Counted from the stretch's first letter, positions 10,979 through 28,565 are shown. The stretch is 64,000 nt of DNA from Paraspadella gotoi (GCA_051294375.1 CM119263.1:26390758-26454757), one strand, 5' to 3'. Translations and numbers: made by a program. Notes: generated by a model not told the origin, from the letters alone.

Positions 10979-13900
10979 TCATCGAAGGAGATCTTTCTCG
11001 TCGAGGAGATCTTTGAACCGCACGAATTGCTCTTGGCTGCCCTCGCCCGCCTCTTTCTCGAGTCCGCCCTTGTTCTCGCCAGACCTCACCTTCTCCTTGT
11101 TCTGCAACATGTTTGCTTCGGCGTCGGCAAACTTTCCGTTCCACTCGAACTCTCGCTTCTCTTGCCGAAGGTCGTCGTCAGCCCTTGCGGCACCGGCTCC
11201 TTGAGCCACCCGCTCATGGGACGGGGCCTCCTCGGTCAAATCCAGGACCTGATCGCCGGCGGCGCGATGAACGGCGTCGACCGAGCGCTTGATGACCGGG
11301 TGATAGTAAGACTGGTCGGCTTCGTTGTCGGCGGCCGCCCTCCCGATTTCCTCTTCGTTGGCCAGGCGTTTGTTGGCCTGTTCCTCCACGTTCCTCTCTT
11401 CTTCGTTCGCCTGATTCTCTTCTTCGCCCGTCAAACGCTTCTGCGCCGGCTCGAAATTGGCCTGCTCCTCCTCCGTGGCCGCCCTGTCAAACCCTCGGTC
11501 AGCTTCTGCATCTTCGCCAGTCAACTTTTTTTTTATCCCTCCATCCCCTCCCTCTCCGTTGTCATTGCTCTCGCCCGCTCCCTCTCCCTCCAAATTATTC
11601 TCTCCGTTGGTCGTCTTTCCCTTGGCTGCTACCTCACCCGCTTTACTCACTTTCTCGAACCGGCCCGTCTCGGCGTTCGAACCCGGTTCCCCGTTTTCTT
11701 CCCTCACATTCTCTTCCTCGCTCTCTTCCGCATCTTCAGCCCCCTCTCCTGCTCCCTCTCCCTCTTCCGTCTCGAGCCCACCGTACTTGTCTTTGGATTT
11801 TCCCTTTTGTTCTTCGAACTTGGCGTCCGTGATTTTTCGCTCCACGGCTTCAACGATGTTGCTGTTCGGTTTTTCGCCCAATTCCTCCGTCTTGTCATCG
11901 ACGCTCAAATCGGAATTTCCGCCGCCATAATCTGGTCCAGTTTTTTTATTGGTTCCGATCGAGTCTGCTGCCAATTCGTGAACGGCTTTGTTCTCCGAAA
12001 AGGCTTCCGCAATCTCTTGGTTTGCCGCAAGGCCCTCAGAATTCACATCCCCATTTAGATTTGCTAGCTTGTTGTTCACTTCCGTGCCAGAGACTCCACC
12101 GGGGACTGGACCTCCGCCAACTAGCCCGGGTCCGTTACCGCCAGCGGCCGCTGGTGCCGCGGCTCCTGCAGAATTATCCGGAGCAGCTTCCTTTTTAGTG
12201 AGAGAAACGGCGAGTCCGATAGCGTTTCCACCGACGCCGCCACCACCCGAATCAGGATTTGGGGCAACTTGAGGATTATTATTGGCATTCGCCGCGGCAT
12301 TAGCATCTCCACCTGGTGCAGGACCTCCAGGTGCAGGAGCTGCGGGTGCAGCCCCTGCGGCGTTCGCCTTGTCAGATTCGGGGTTTCCAGGTGCAGCGGG
12401 AGCGGGAGCGGGAGCTTCGTTTGCAGTATCCGCTGAAGATTCAGCTTGCTGAGCAATCTTTTGTTGATTCAAAATCTGTTGTTGGACTTGCTCCTGAACT
12501 TGCTCCTGAACCTGTTTCTGAACCTGCTGTTGTTGCTGTTGCTGCTGCTTTCTTTGTAAATCTTCCTGCTCTTCCTGATGTTTTTTCAGTTCCTGCGATT
12601 GCTTGACCTGATCGGCCAAAAGTTTACGCTGCATCTTCAATTCTTCCTGCAATTTTTCGTCCGCCTCCTTCTGCTGTTGCAGCAGAATATCTTGTTGCTT
12701 TCTTTGCAGTTTCAACTGGACAGCGTGCAGCTGCAGTTGCTCGGCCTCTTGCTCCTGAACTTTTTTCAATTGAAGCTTTTGTTGCTTGTCTTTTTCTTCC
12801 GAATTTTTCTTCTCCTCAGCTTGCTTGGCTTTCTCCGCTTTCTCCTTTTTTTCCTTTTCTCGAGATTGCTTCTCGTTTCTCTGTTGATCCTTGATCAACT
12901 TCTCTAACTTAGCCTTGTGGTCGTCGAGCTCGTCGTTGTTGTCGTTTTCTACCGAATCTTTGACCACCGATTCGTCTTGATGCTTCGCGTCGACATTTTT
13001 CTCCGCTTTCACGGCTTTTTCCGCGTTTTTCGCATCTTTTTTCTCAACGTCTTTCTTTACCTTTTCTTCGGCCACATTCCGCTCTTTTTGCTCCTCCTCT
13101 GCTTCCTTCTTTTCTTTTTTCTTTTTCACTGCTGACGCTGCTGACGCATCCTTCTCTTTCGCTTTTGATGCGACTTTCTTCGCGTCATCCGCGGCAGCGT
13201 TTTTCTTGCTATTTTTTTTAGTCAAATCTTTCTTGACTTTCTGGACGGCGGCGTCTTTCTGAATCTTTTCTTTCGTCGCTTCTTTCTTCACTTTCTGTTT
13301 GACTGACGTCGCTGCCCTCACCGATTTTTGAACCGCGGCGACTTTCTTTTGGCCGTCGTCGTCGTCATACTCGTCATCCTGCATCTCTTCCGGCTCCTCG
13401 TCAGCTTGTTCATTGAGTCGGGTCAAGTTTGCTTTCTTGGAGCCTGCAGCAGAACCTCCACCGCTACCAGCTAAAGGGAAAATCAGAAATAAAACAAAAA
13501 TTCATCTATAATTATATCTATGAAATTGATACAACTATATTTTTTTTAGGTTTGTTTAAATACCAAACAAAAAATTATTCGTAAAAAAAATTTATTTCTT
13601 CAGCTAAAAGTACGAAAAATGTTATCTGTGTTTACTTCTGTTTAATTTAAAAATCTCAGATATAGATTTAAACAATAAAAAGTCTCTACTAATAATAAAT
13701 ATAAATTGAAAGTACGAATTAATGATCAAATTTACCGCCGCTTCCTTTTACTGGTGCGACAGTGACCGGCGGCGGAGGCACACTCCCCCCAGTCTGGTTA
13801 GCCTCTAAGGTATTCGGTGTAGCTCCTCCTCCTGAGCCTTTAGTTGCTCCTGCTGGACTTACTGACAGTTTATCTATCTCCATCTTGTCCTAAAAAAAAA

Positions 13901-16900
13901 CCGTAACAACTGATAAATGACTTTGATGAACGTAGACCCGATAAAGTATTAGTGGGAAATTGTTCATTTTTAAGAATTGAAATTCGAAAAAAAAGGATTG
14001 CAAGAATGACTCGAAATGTACGGAACGGAACAAACTAGATGTGGGATATAAACAGTAAAATTAATTCTTTACATCTGGGCAAATTTTTACCGCTAAGATG
14101 ACGACGAGGACGGGCGCAATGACCAAAACCAAGACCATCGCAAAAATCGTGATGTAGCTAGAGACTTTACACCTGGACAAATGGTGGCAGTTTTCTCAAA
14201 AAACGAGTCCTTGATCGATAGAGTTTCTTTAACCTTAATTTTTAGGAACTTTGCTTAAGGGGACCCAGTGATAAAAAATGATATCACAAGCTTAAAGATC
14301 TATTATCAAAGGAATTTGAATGGTGATAGTCATTAATTTTTTTTGTACAGGAAAGTATAAAAAATATTTATATCTCTTATTGTAGCAAAGACAAAAATTT
14401 AATAATTATAAAAAAAAATTTTGTTGATCCTATCTAAATATTTATATTATTTATTAAATTATTTTTGCAATAAAAATATTTTGTATTAAATTCTAATTTT
14501 TTATTTTTTATTGTACAAAGTTAGAAACCAAATTATAATAACCATAAATAGATAGTAATAATTGTTATGAGTTAATGATAAAACTGTTCTATATAAGCAG
14601 TCCATGAACTTTGGATTAGGCTGTAACACTATGTTACAAAAGGGTTAAGCGCCCTGTCTCTTTTAACTGTTAGGCAACTACCGGTATAAAACCCTGGACC
14701 TTTAAGATGGGAGGCAAATGTCTTGCCTCCTACTTGCCATAGCCAATGAAATTTAAATGCTAATGTATACAGCGTTAAAATAATCTGTCATAACCATAGA
14801 TTATGGTATTAAAATATTTTTTTGTCAAAAATGCTTTCTTCTGAGAGTACTAGCCTAATTAAAAATATTATATTACTATATAGAACAAAAAATATTTTTT
14901 TAAATCTTAAAATTTTTTTATGGATTCTGGTAGAGCATAAAAAGTTAAACAAGAAATATAATTACAGCTTTTAAAAATTCTTACGTTTTCTAAGTGAAAA
15001 TATAAAAAAACTGATAAAATCATCGAAAGATGATGATGATGATGATTTTTATGGTTTTTCTTATTTTTGACACACTTATCGTAAAAATATTTAAAAAAGA
15101 ATTATATTTTGTGTAGACAACTTTTTATGAGCTATCTGAATCTAGTCTTAAAATTTAAAAATTCTAAAAAACATTTTGGCCTTTCCTATCTATAAATAAA
15201 TATTAAAAAATTAATTACTAGGGTATAAAGCCATATTAAATTTTTTTTGTCCATTGAAAGTATTCTTAAAAATGTCTAAATATTCGTTTGAGCATGTACT
15301 CACTCTAAATTTTTGACTCACCCCATTGAATGCGGCTACTCCTACTCCTACACCAATAGCCGCTGATGAATGGTGAGTAGATTTTAATCCATCATACATT
15401 CCCCCTCTCTTAGGGAAAAGTCTGTTGCATCTTTTCAATAAATTGTTGTTATTGATAAAAAGTTTTTTATTAAGTTGAGGCATATCGTCTGATGTATTGT
15501 TGGTGGAAAGTGAGTTGCCAGGTTGAGGCATATTGCCTGAAAGTATTGTTATTGCTGTTATATTCAGAAAATAGGCTCACCAAGGAAGAGATAGTAATGA
15601 TTGTCATATGAGTTAATGACAGAATTGGTTAATATAAGCAGTCCCTGAGCTTTGGATCAGGCTGTAACAACGTGTTACAAGCAGGTTAAGGACCCCATCC
15701 CTTTTTAACTACTAGGCAACTACCGGGCTAAAACCCCACACCTTTAGGTTGGAAGGTGAATGACTTGCTTCCTGCACCAATGGCTATTGATGAATAAACT
15801 ATATTGATTCATAATTATAATAATTCAGAATTTAGTAAAAGTACAAAACTTTTTTTTTATCTTTTATCTTTTTTTTAAATTACTTCAAAGGGTTTTATTT
15901 TTATCTAATTAACAGATTCACTTAAAAAGTTTAAATAAAATCAGTCATACCTTAAATTTTTATTCATTTCCAATTTTTATTTTTATAAATTTTTGTAATA
16001 AAAGCTGAAAAGCTTTTTAAAATAAAAACTTACCCTTTTCCAGAAAAAAAAATTTAAAACTTGAAAAAGATTTTCTTCTTACCAATTTTTAAAAACAAAT
16101 TAGGCGAGCTGTTCATTATCATATTTTTTAACTACTTTCCCAAATGATTATAGAAAAAAGAATCATATGGTCAAAACCAGCTTACTTTAAAGGATCAAAC
16201 GTTATGCTTTCAGCTTTTTACCCCCCGCTGGTCACTTGGTCCCCTTAACCGTTAAAACTAACATTTTTGATGGTTAACCATTAAAATCAGTTAATTTTAT
16301 AATTTCACTTTAAAATTAAAATATCAATATTTAAAACAAATTAAAATATTTATAAGTATTTTCTCTTTAACTCTGGCTCCTTAATCTTCAAGTTTTCTAT
16401 TTCAGATAGATGAGGAACACACTAAACTAAAGTCTAAAGTTGGTAAATGAAAAGGAGGTTTGAGCAAACTAACTTGAATCTACCCATGATAATTTAGCTC
16501 ATCTGGTAATCAAATATGAATCATGATAAAACTTGCATACAATTGTTCATTGCATAAAAAAAAATATAAAAAAGACAAAGAAAGAAAAAGAACAATGTAA
16601 TTCTAATTCTATATTTTGTTTGCTCTTTCTCTTTCTCTTTTTCTCTTTCTCTTTCGCTTTCTCTTTTCTCGTCCTAATTATGTTTCTAGTTGTTAGTTTC
16701 TTGAACGCTTATTTTCTGTTGTTAGTCTTTTATAAACCATGACCATAAATTTAAATAAAAATTATAAATATTAATTCATAGAATGAATGGTTGATTTATC
16801 AATTGATCAAAAGATTTATTGATTAATTTGGAAGCTAAAATAGTTTAGGCGAAAACGACGACGACAACGAAGACGACGACAACAACGAAGACGACGACGA

Positions 16901-18539
16901 AGTCTTTCTACTTTGCGACCCGTAAGGGTCAGCGGGAATGACCAATGGACCATTCGACCATTGGACCAGAAATAAATTGTTATGGCTGACATTTTTCAGC
17001 TAATGTAAATAAGTAGTTGCTTTTTACTCTTGTTTTAATAATTTAAATTTTTATTTTTTTTTATTAAAAAGTATATCATAATATGATAGTTTTAGTTAGC
17101 CTTAATGTTTTTTTTTAAGATTCGTTCCTTTTATTATTTATTTTTTGATTTTTTATAATATTTTTTTTATTTGGTTTTTAGCCGGATCTACTTAAAGCAG
17201 ATTTCGGCTCTTCACTTTGTCGGTCCGTAGGTCCGACCCCCCAATCGTGTAAGTCACTTAAATCCTGTCAGAACATCGAATTATGATAAATTATGCAAAA
17301 AAAATTATGTCCGTCCGTCCGTCCGTCCCCCTTAGCTTTGAACGCCGTTTACTCATGATTATAAGTGGCAAAATAGAGAAATATATTTGTTTTGTTTTTT
17401 CCATTTAAACTCATTTCCACTCGCACGATTCCATCGAAACTTCATATCCAGCTCAATCACACACTTCCCTATCCACACACAAAATTCCATTACAATCCAT
17501 CCATTCAATCACGAATAATTGGAATATATTGCTAAGGTGGGACGGACGGACGGACAGACAGACAGAAAGACCAACGGACATCACTTTTTTTGCTTAATTT
17601 ATCATAATTCGATGTTCTGACATGATATAAGTGAATGCCCGATAAGTTTGGGGGTGGGGGAGCGACGGACCGACAAATTGAATTATAGATTATATAGAGT
17701 CAGATCCGACTAAAAAGATGCGAAAAACGCGGAAACCGAAACGTAACCGAAAGCAACGAATGAAACTCACCAGGTGACTTTTTCTGGAGGTTCTTCTTCT
17801 TCCAGCTCTTCCTCCCCGCCTTCTTCGTCCTCACCTTGGTTCCGGTTACGATTTAGCGCCGCCTTCTGCACGAGCGGCCGAAATTCGTCCTCCTGCGCGA
17901 AAAATCATTTCATCGGAAAAAAAAGTCTTTTGTTTATATTTATCACTTTTGTCATCAAGCTGCTTACCCGATTGATGTTGACGGTTTGGTAAGACCTGAC
18001 GCTTGATCTGCCCGACGTGACGCTGGGATTTCCGGGGTCAATGCCTTGACCCGCGTAGCGCGTTCGTGATTCGTTCCTGTCGACGGTGATGCTCACGGCT
18101 AAGGAGAATCCAAACGTAGGAATTCGATTGACATGAAATCAAATGATGATGATTTCTGATGATTTCAGTCTTACGTTTGTCGCCTCTCCGGCGCCTATTC
18201 TCGCTCTTGTCATCTTCTCTGAGTTTTTGCTTGTGGAAAAAAAAACATTTTAGTTGAAAATATACGAAGCGATTTCTATAGATTACATATAGCGAGAATC
18301 TTTTTTATTTTCGTTTTAAAAACGAACGCATTTTTAGGTATTGAGTGATTTTTTTTACCTGTAAATCCGATTCCCTACCACCAGGAGAACAGCACGGAGC
18401 AGTGGGCGCCTTGTTCTTGTTTTTTCCTTTTTTTTACAAAGAGAACACAGGAACATTACTCGTTTCGCGAACGGAACAAAACGACACTCCTAAATTATTT
18501 CTATTAGCAAAAAAGTCAAAATTTACCTCTGATAGTCAT
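10979..18539 (-). CDS. Gene A: 8-exon predicted type II single-pass membrane protein (~1038 aa) with large K/E/Q/A/G-rich low-complexity ectodomain
   Basis: Exons 18539-18527, 18426-18359, 18229-18175, 18098-17968, 17892-17771, 14172-14091, 13889-13736 and 13470-10979 all have GT-AG boundaries and compatible phases, giving 3117 nt without an internal stop. Exon 6 encodes the hydrophobic helix YITIFAMVLVLVIAPVLVVILA. The last exon contains the 815-aa track ORF. The two 5' exons are least certain (weak AAG acceptor at 18427). Confidence 0.8.
14550..14743 (-). mobile_element. tRNA-derived SINE, copy 1
   Basis: ~195-bp diverged direct repeat of 15589-15784. The minus-strand 5' end is tRNA-like (decayed A box, then gggttttataccgg B-box-like). 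Confidence 0.6.
15589..15784 (-). mobile_element. tRNA-derived SINE, copy 2
   Basis: Minus strand begins gccattggtgcaggaagc...ggggttttagcccggtag, resembling Pol III A box (TGGTGCAG) and B box (GGTTCGANCC). The body aligns with copy 1. Confidence 0.6.
17179..17712. mobile_element. MITE (~530 bp) with long imperfect TIRs including (GTCC)n/(GGAC)n, in gene A intron 5
   Basis: tagccggatct...tttgtcggtccgt...tgtcagaacatcgaattatgataaatta.gcaaaaaaa...gtccgtcc...cttagc (17179-17336) is mirrored by gctaag...ggacggac...ttttttgc.taatttatcataattcgatgttctgaca...acggaccgacaaa...agatccgacta (17531-17712). Confidence 0.85.
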
Positions 18540-18613
18540 CGTTGAACTTTAATACTCCAACATAACCCAACGAAGGAATTCTAAGCGGTCGTTGAATGAA
18601 CTTTTTACTCGTC

Positions 18614-18619
18614 TTTATT
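18614..18619 (-). terminator. Candidate AATAAA polyadenylation signal for the gene B long form
   Basis: tttatt on + (AATAAA on -), ~400 nt downstream of the predicted stop at 19014 and 75 nt upstream of the predicted gene A ATG. Confidence 0.3.
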
Positions 18620-19013
18620 TACAATGCGTTGAAAACTGCGACTGGTAATCCTTTGACGTTTGTACGTGCTCTTTAATATGCGGAGTAATATTGCAGAGAG
18701 AAAATCAAAATGTTACTCGCGTTATGTTTAAAAAAAAGGCTTTTCCTCGCAGAAAACTTAAACGAGAAAATCTAAATTTCTGTAAAAAAATAGAGCACGA
18801 TAAAAAGTGTAAAACAGTTTAATCAAAAATTTAGCCAACACAATTTAAAAAACATTTTCGTGTCTGGATTAACCATGAAGAGCGAAAGAGCCATAAATTA
18901 CAGCTTATGTACGTATGAAATTGAGTTTGGGTTTAAAATTTGTTTAACAAAGTCTCATTTCGTATCGTTTTTTTACAGCTTTTCTCTAGCGTCTTTTGTT
19001 ACGTAATCACTCA

Positions 19014-21381
19014 TCAGTCGGTTGGAGCGCCAGAACTTGAATCGATCATCTAATGAAAAAGAGATATTGTTTTAATAATAAAGAAAATGATATAGTTAGT
19101 TTTTACATTAATCTTTGTTCAAGTGTAAAGATTATAAGTAAGAGTAAATAAAAAATATATTATTTACATCGCACTATTGTTAAAAATTCGTAACTTAAAA
19201 AATAAATCGTAATTAAAATAACGATAAAATACAGAAAGAAGAAAAGAAAAGAAATATTTACATATATATTTATAATTAAGTGAATGACTAATAAAACCTT
19301 AAAAGAGAGGGAAAAAACATCATAAGTATAAATTAACGATTCAAACAACAAACAAAATTCTCACTCAAACTCACCTCTTTTATTTTTTTGAGAAGGGCGG
19401 CTTCCTCGGGATCTCCTTCCGCCAATTCAGCGTCGTCGTCCTTGCTGCCGGTTGCGGCGCTTTCGTCCGTAAGGGCGCCCCGAACTTCCCCCCACCCGGC
19501 GTTCCTACCGTTCTGAAAACCCTTTCGCGTCTCTTGAACCATCTCGTCGTTGTTCCCCACCCAACCCTCCCTTAAGTAATCGCCCCTGTTCAAGCCTAAG
19601 CCTTCCTTTTCGTAGCCCTCCCTTCGATTAAGCCTCCACTGGTCGCCCCTACTCATCATCCCGAAACGGCCCAAGGATTCTTTGGCTCTGGTCGCATGAC
19701 TCTGCCCGACGCGCTTCTTATAGGCACGCTTCTTCTCTGCTTTTCCTCGCCGCTTAGGCACGGCTTCGTCGACGGCTTTGCGAGCAGCTTGATCGAGCCT
19801 CTTTGGCTGCGCCTCGTTGACGGGGGCGTCGGCGAAAATGTCTCGATCGGCGACGAAGTCTTCATATTTGGCGTCGAGTAGATTCCCCGTCTTTTCCACC
19901 GTCTGTCCCCGCCGCTTTAATCCCTTGACTTCGTTATAAGTCTCCTTTCCTTTCTTTTTCCCGGCGCCGTTTTCCGCACCTCTCAGCACTTCGTGCTCTC
20001 GTTCTCGACTTGGCGCTTCTTCCTCCCGTCCGGCCGTCTTCTCGTTCGCCACGGTTTGGACGGCCGGCGCGGCCGCGACGCCGCTGGATTCTTTAACCGT
20101 CTCGGGCGCCGCAACGGAGGCCGACTCTTTGGCAGCGCTTGTCTCGGCGTTGGCCGCTACTTTTGGCGCCAAAGCGACGCCGGTTTTCGCCGCGTCCTCG
20201 TTTTTGGCGGAGCCGGATTCTCCCATGTCCTCGCCCTTTTTCTCCGGCGCGACTTGGGCCTTCTTGTCGCGTTCGAACTCGCGAGCGCCCTCTTCCATTT
20301 CCGCCACGACGTCAGAGGCAGACGCTCGTTTCTTCTCCTGGGCCATTTCCGCCTCTCGCTTCCTCGACGCCGCCGGGAACGCCGAATGACTCGAGACGGC
20401 TTCGCGTTTCCGATCTGCCGCTCCTCTAACCTTTGAATCCTTTTCTTTCGCTCCAGTGATCTCTGAAATTTCATGCTTTTTCGCTTTTGAATCAATAGAT
20501 TCTTTTATTTTATTTTTTGATTCTTTTCCCATCAAGTGATTCGACTCTTTTGCTTCTTTTTTCCTAAAAACTCCTTCTTTTTCCGCTGCCCTCGTCTTGG
20601 AAACGGCCTTTTCCTTCTCAGTAGCTCCTCTCTCTATAATTGCCTTTTCTCCTCTCTTAGCCAACTTTTCTTCCTTCTCCATGGAAACGTCACGGTGTTT
20701 CAACTCTTTCTTCGCCCCAAAGCCTCCCGCTCCAGTATAAACTCCTCCACCGGCCATCGGTCGCTCCAGTCCCACGGCCCCTCTTTGCATTAATACGCTC
20801 GGCGCTCTGACCTCTGCTAAGCTGACGGGCTGCGCCCTGACCATCTCCACGTTCTGAAGAGATCTCTCGGCGTTGGCGTCTCCCATTAACCCACCCGCGT
20901 TCCACCCCATTGACTCCTCGTCGGCGCCGCCGTATCTTCCTGGGGCGAGGACTTTTTTCAACTTCTTCAACAGAGGCCATTTGCCCATTGGGATCTTCTT
21001 GTTCTTCTCGATGAGCTTCTTGAGCTTCTTCATCATTTCCGAGGACATCGTGGCGGACGCTTCCGAAGGCGCGGGCGTCGTCGCCGTCGTTGTCGTCGTC
21101 GTCGTAGTCGATGTTGTTGTCGTGCCGGTCGTCACTTCCTCCGTCGTCGTCTTCCCCGTGATGGCGGGTTCCGTCGTGGAAGTCGATTGGGCACTCGTCG
21201 TCGTGGTCGTCGTCGTCGTAGGCGGCTTAGTCGTCGCTTTCGTCGTCGGCTTCATCGTCGTCGTATCCTCGTCGGTATCTGTATCGGTGTCGTCATCATC
21301 GTCGTCGTCGTCGGCTTGGTGCTTGGACAGGGCGTCTAAGTATTCCGCCAGTCGGTTGGTCGCGTCATTGGCTCGGAGGCG
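19014..21381 (-). CDS. Large exon (21381-19375) plus short terminal exon (19049-19014): acidic/Thr-mucin/K-E-A-rich C-terminal module, probably the 3' extension of gene B
   Basis: 688-aa open frame with acceptor cccgattcag|CGC (phase 0), donor GAG|gtgagt at 19375, and next acceptor tttttcattag|ATG giving MIDSSSGAPTD*. It has no convincing ATG start or signal peptide of its own, and its phase matches gene B exon 7. Confidence 0.7.
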
Positions 21382-21955
21382 CTGAATCGGGAATGACAAT
21401 TTCGGTCAGTCCTGGGGGAAACTTTACTCCGCCTCAGTCACGGTTAGTTTTTTAATCATTTGTCAGTGTTTTATTTTTTATTTTCGCCTTTATCGTTTTC
21501 CTCTACTAAAGTCTCTCTTTCCTTTCATAACAAATAAAAATGAAAAAAAAAACACAAAAAAACTGTTTAAATTATACAACACGTAAAATAAAGTGTAAAA
21601 AAAATATCAATTATCAAAAATAAAAACTTATATTTTCTTTTGTCATTTATTGCTACGTTTTAAATTTTTATACTTTATAAGGTAGGTTCAATGAAAATCT
21701 ATAAAATGAAAATGAAATATTTTCAAAATAAATATAAGATTGTAATAGAATATCATAGAATAGAATATCATATCATTCCGCCTTAGTCTTCCCGCCTAAA
21801 GCTGAAGCATCTAAAAATAAAAAAGATTGCAAACTAGTTGGTTTCTTTGACATATCTTTTACATCTTCACAATTCAATGCAACAACATGAAATTTTAAAA
21901 GTAATAAAACTGGAACATTCACGTGAAAAGTTCTTCTTCTTCTTTGTCTCCTTTG

Positions 21956-27508
<5,553 letters not shown>

Positions 27509-28565
27509 CTTTCGATTTACGCACTTGACTCTCGATTCGGTGTTTTACTTTCTTTCCGAAATTTTAACGCGAAATGCGGATTGCGGTAACGAATTTTTTC
27601 TCCGTAATCCGATAAACTAAACTCGATAGACACGCGATTCTTTACTCGCTTTGTTTTCGTCCGTTTAAGCGAATGGCTTTGTGCGGGCCGAGATTAAGAG
27701 ACTGCGTCTAACGATCGCTCTACCTGCATTCGTTACCTTAATTAAACTAAATTGTAAAAAAAAATCGTTTCATTCTCAATTTTACTTTGAATTTTTTTAT
27801 TGTGTTATTTTGGTATTCCAGACTGGTGTGAGCGTCATCGCGTCGTTTGATTATTTTTTTAAACAAAAACAAAACAGAGATATTTATTTTTTATTGAATC
27901 AAAACAAGGAAAGATAAAAACCTAGGGATCCACTCGACCTTGAGCGGATCGAGTGTCGACTCCGGTCTTTGATGCGGTTTTTTTATTCTCTCGCGCGTCG
28001 GTTCTCATCATTATCGTGGTCGTCGTCCCCGTTATCGTGGTCCCGGGTCCCACCTCGTCCATTTTTCCTCCCAGTTTTTTCCGATGCATTTAAATTATTG
28101 CTTGGAATAAATTATTTCCCTCCCGCTGATTAACGTACGTGCGACGATACTTTATTTTCAATTGAGAAGACAAAATTAAAAAAAAATTCTCTCCTGTTTA
28201 TTTCCGTTTTTATTTATCCCTGTCATTAGAAAGTTTTTGTCACACGTTTCGCTAGTTAAAAAAACGCGCGCAAAAACTCGTTTGTGGCTTCAGGTTCTGC
28301 CTCATTTCGCGAAGCAACCGATAAATTGCGCGTTTATGGGAAGCGCGTTTAGTCGCGACGCGCCGGCGCCCAGGGCGCGCGGGGAAGAGATGGCTGCAGC
28401 ACAATGGATGGAAGATAGGGTTGCCTATTCGTAGAGAAAAAAATTCAATGTTGCATAACATACAAATATATATTGGTTGAATCATTTTTATGATACCTAC
28501 GAAAACATTTAATCATTACTAAAAAAAATATCTTATATGGATGAATGAATTTAAATGAAGAAATG

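Larger units (their letters stand above)
6447..12312 (-). repeat. Right arm of the giant inverted duplication
   Basis: Reverse complement of 1-6093. It contains two N-gaps (6526-6734, 6842-6948) near the fold centre. Confidence 0.95.
14259..16244. mobile_element. Non-autonomous DNA transposon with TTAA target-site duplication and short TIRs (Kolobok-like), in gene A intron 5
   Basis: TTAA(14255-58)|GGGGACCCAGTGA ... TCACTTGGTCCCC|TTAA(16245-48): 13-bp TIR with one mismatch. Purine (GG) termini with a TTAA TSD fit Kolobok rather than piggyBac (CC termini). No transposase ORF inside. Confidence 0.7.
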
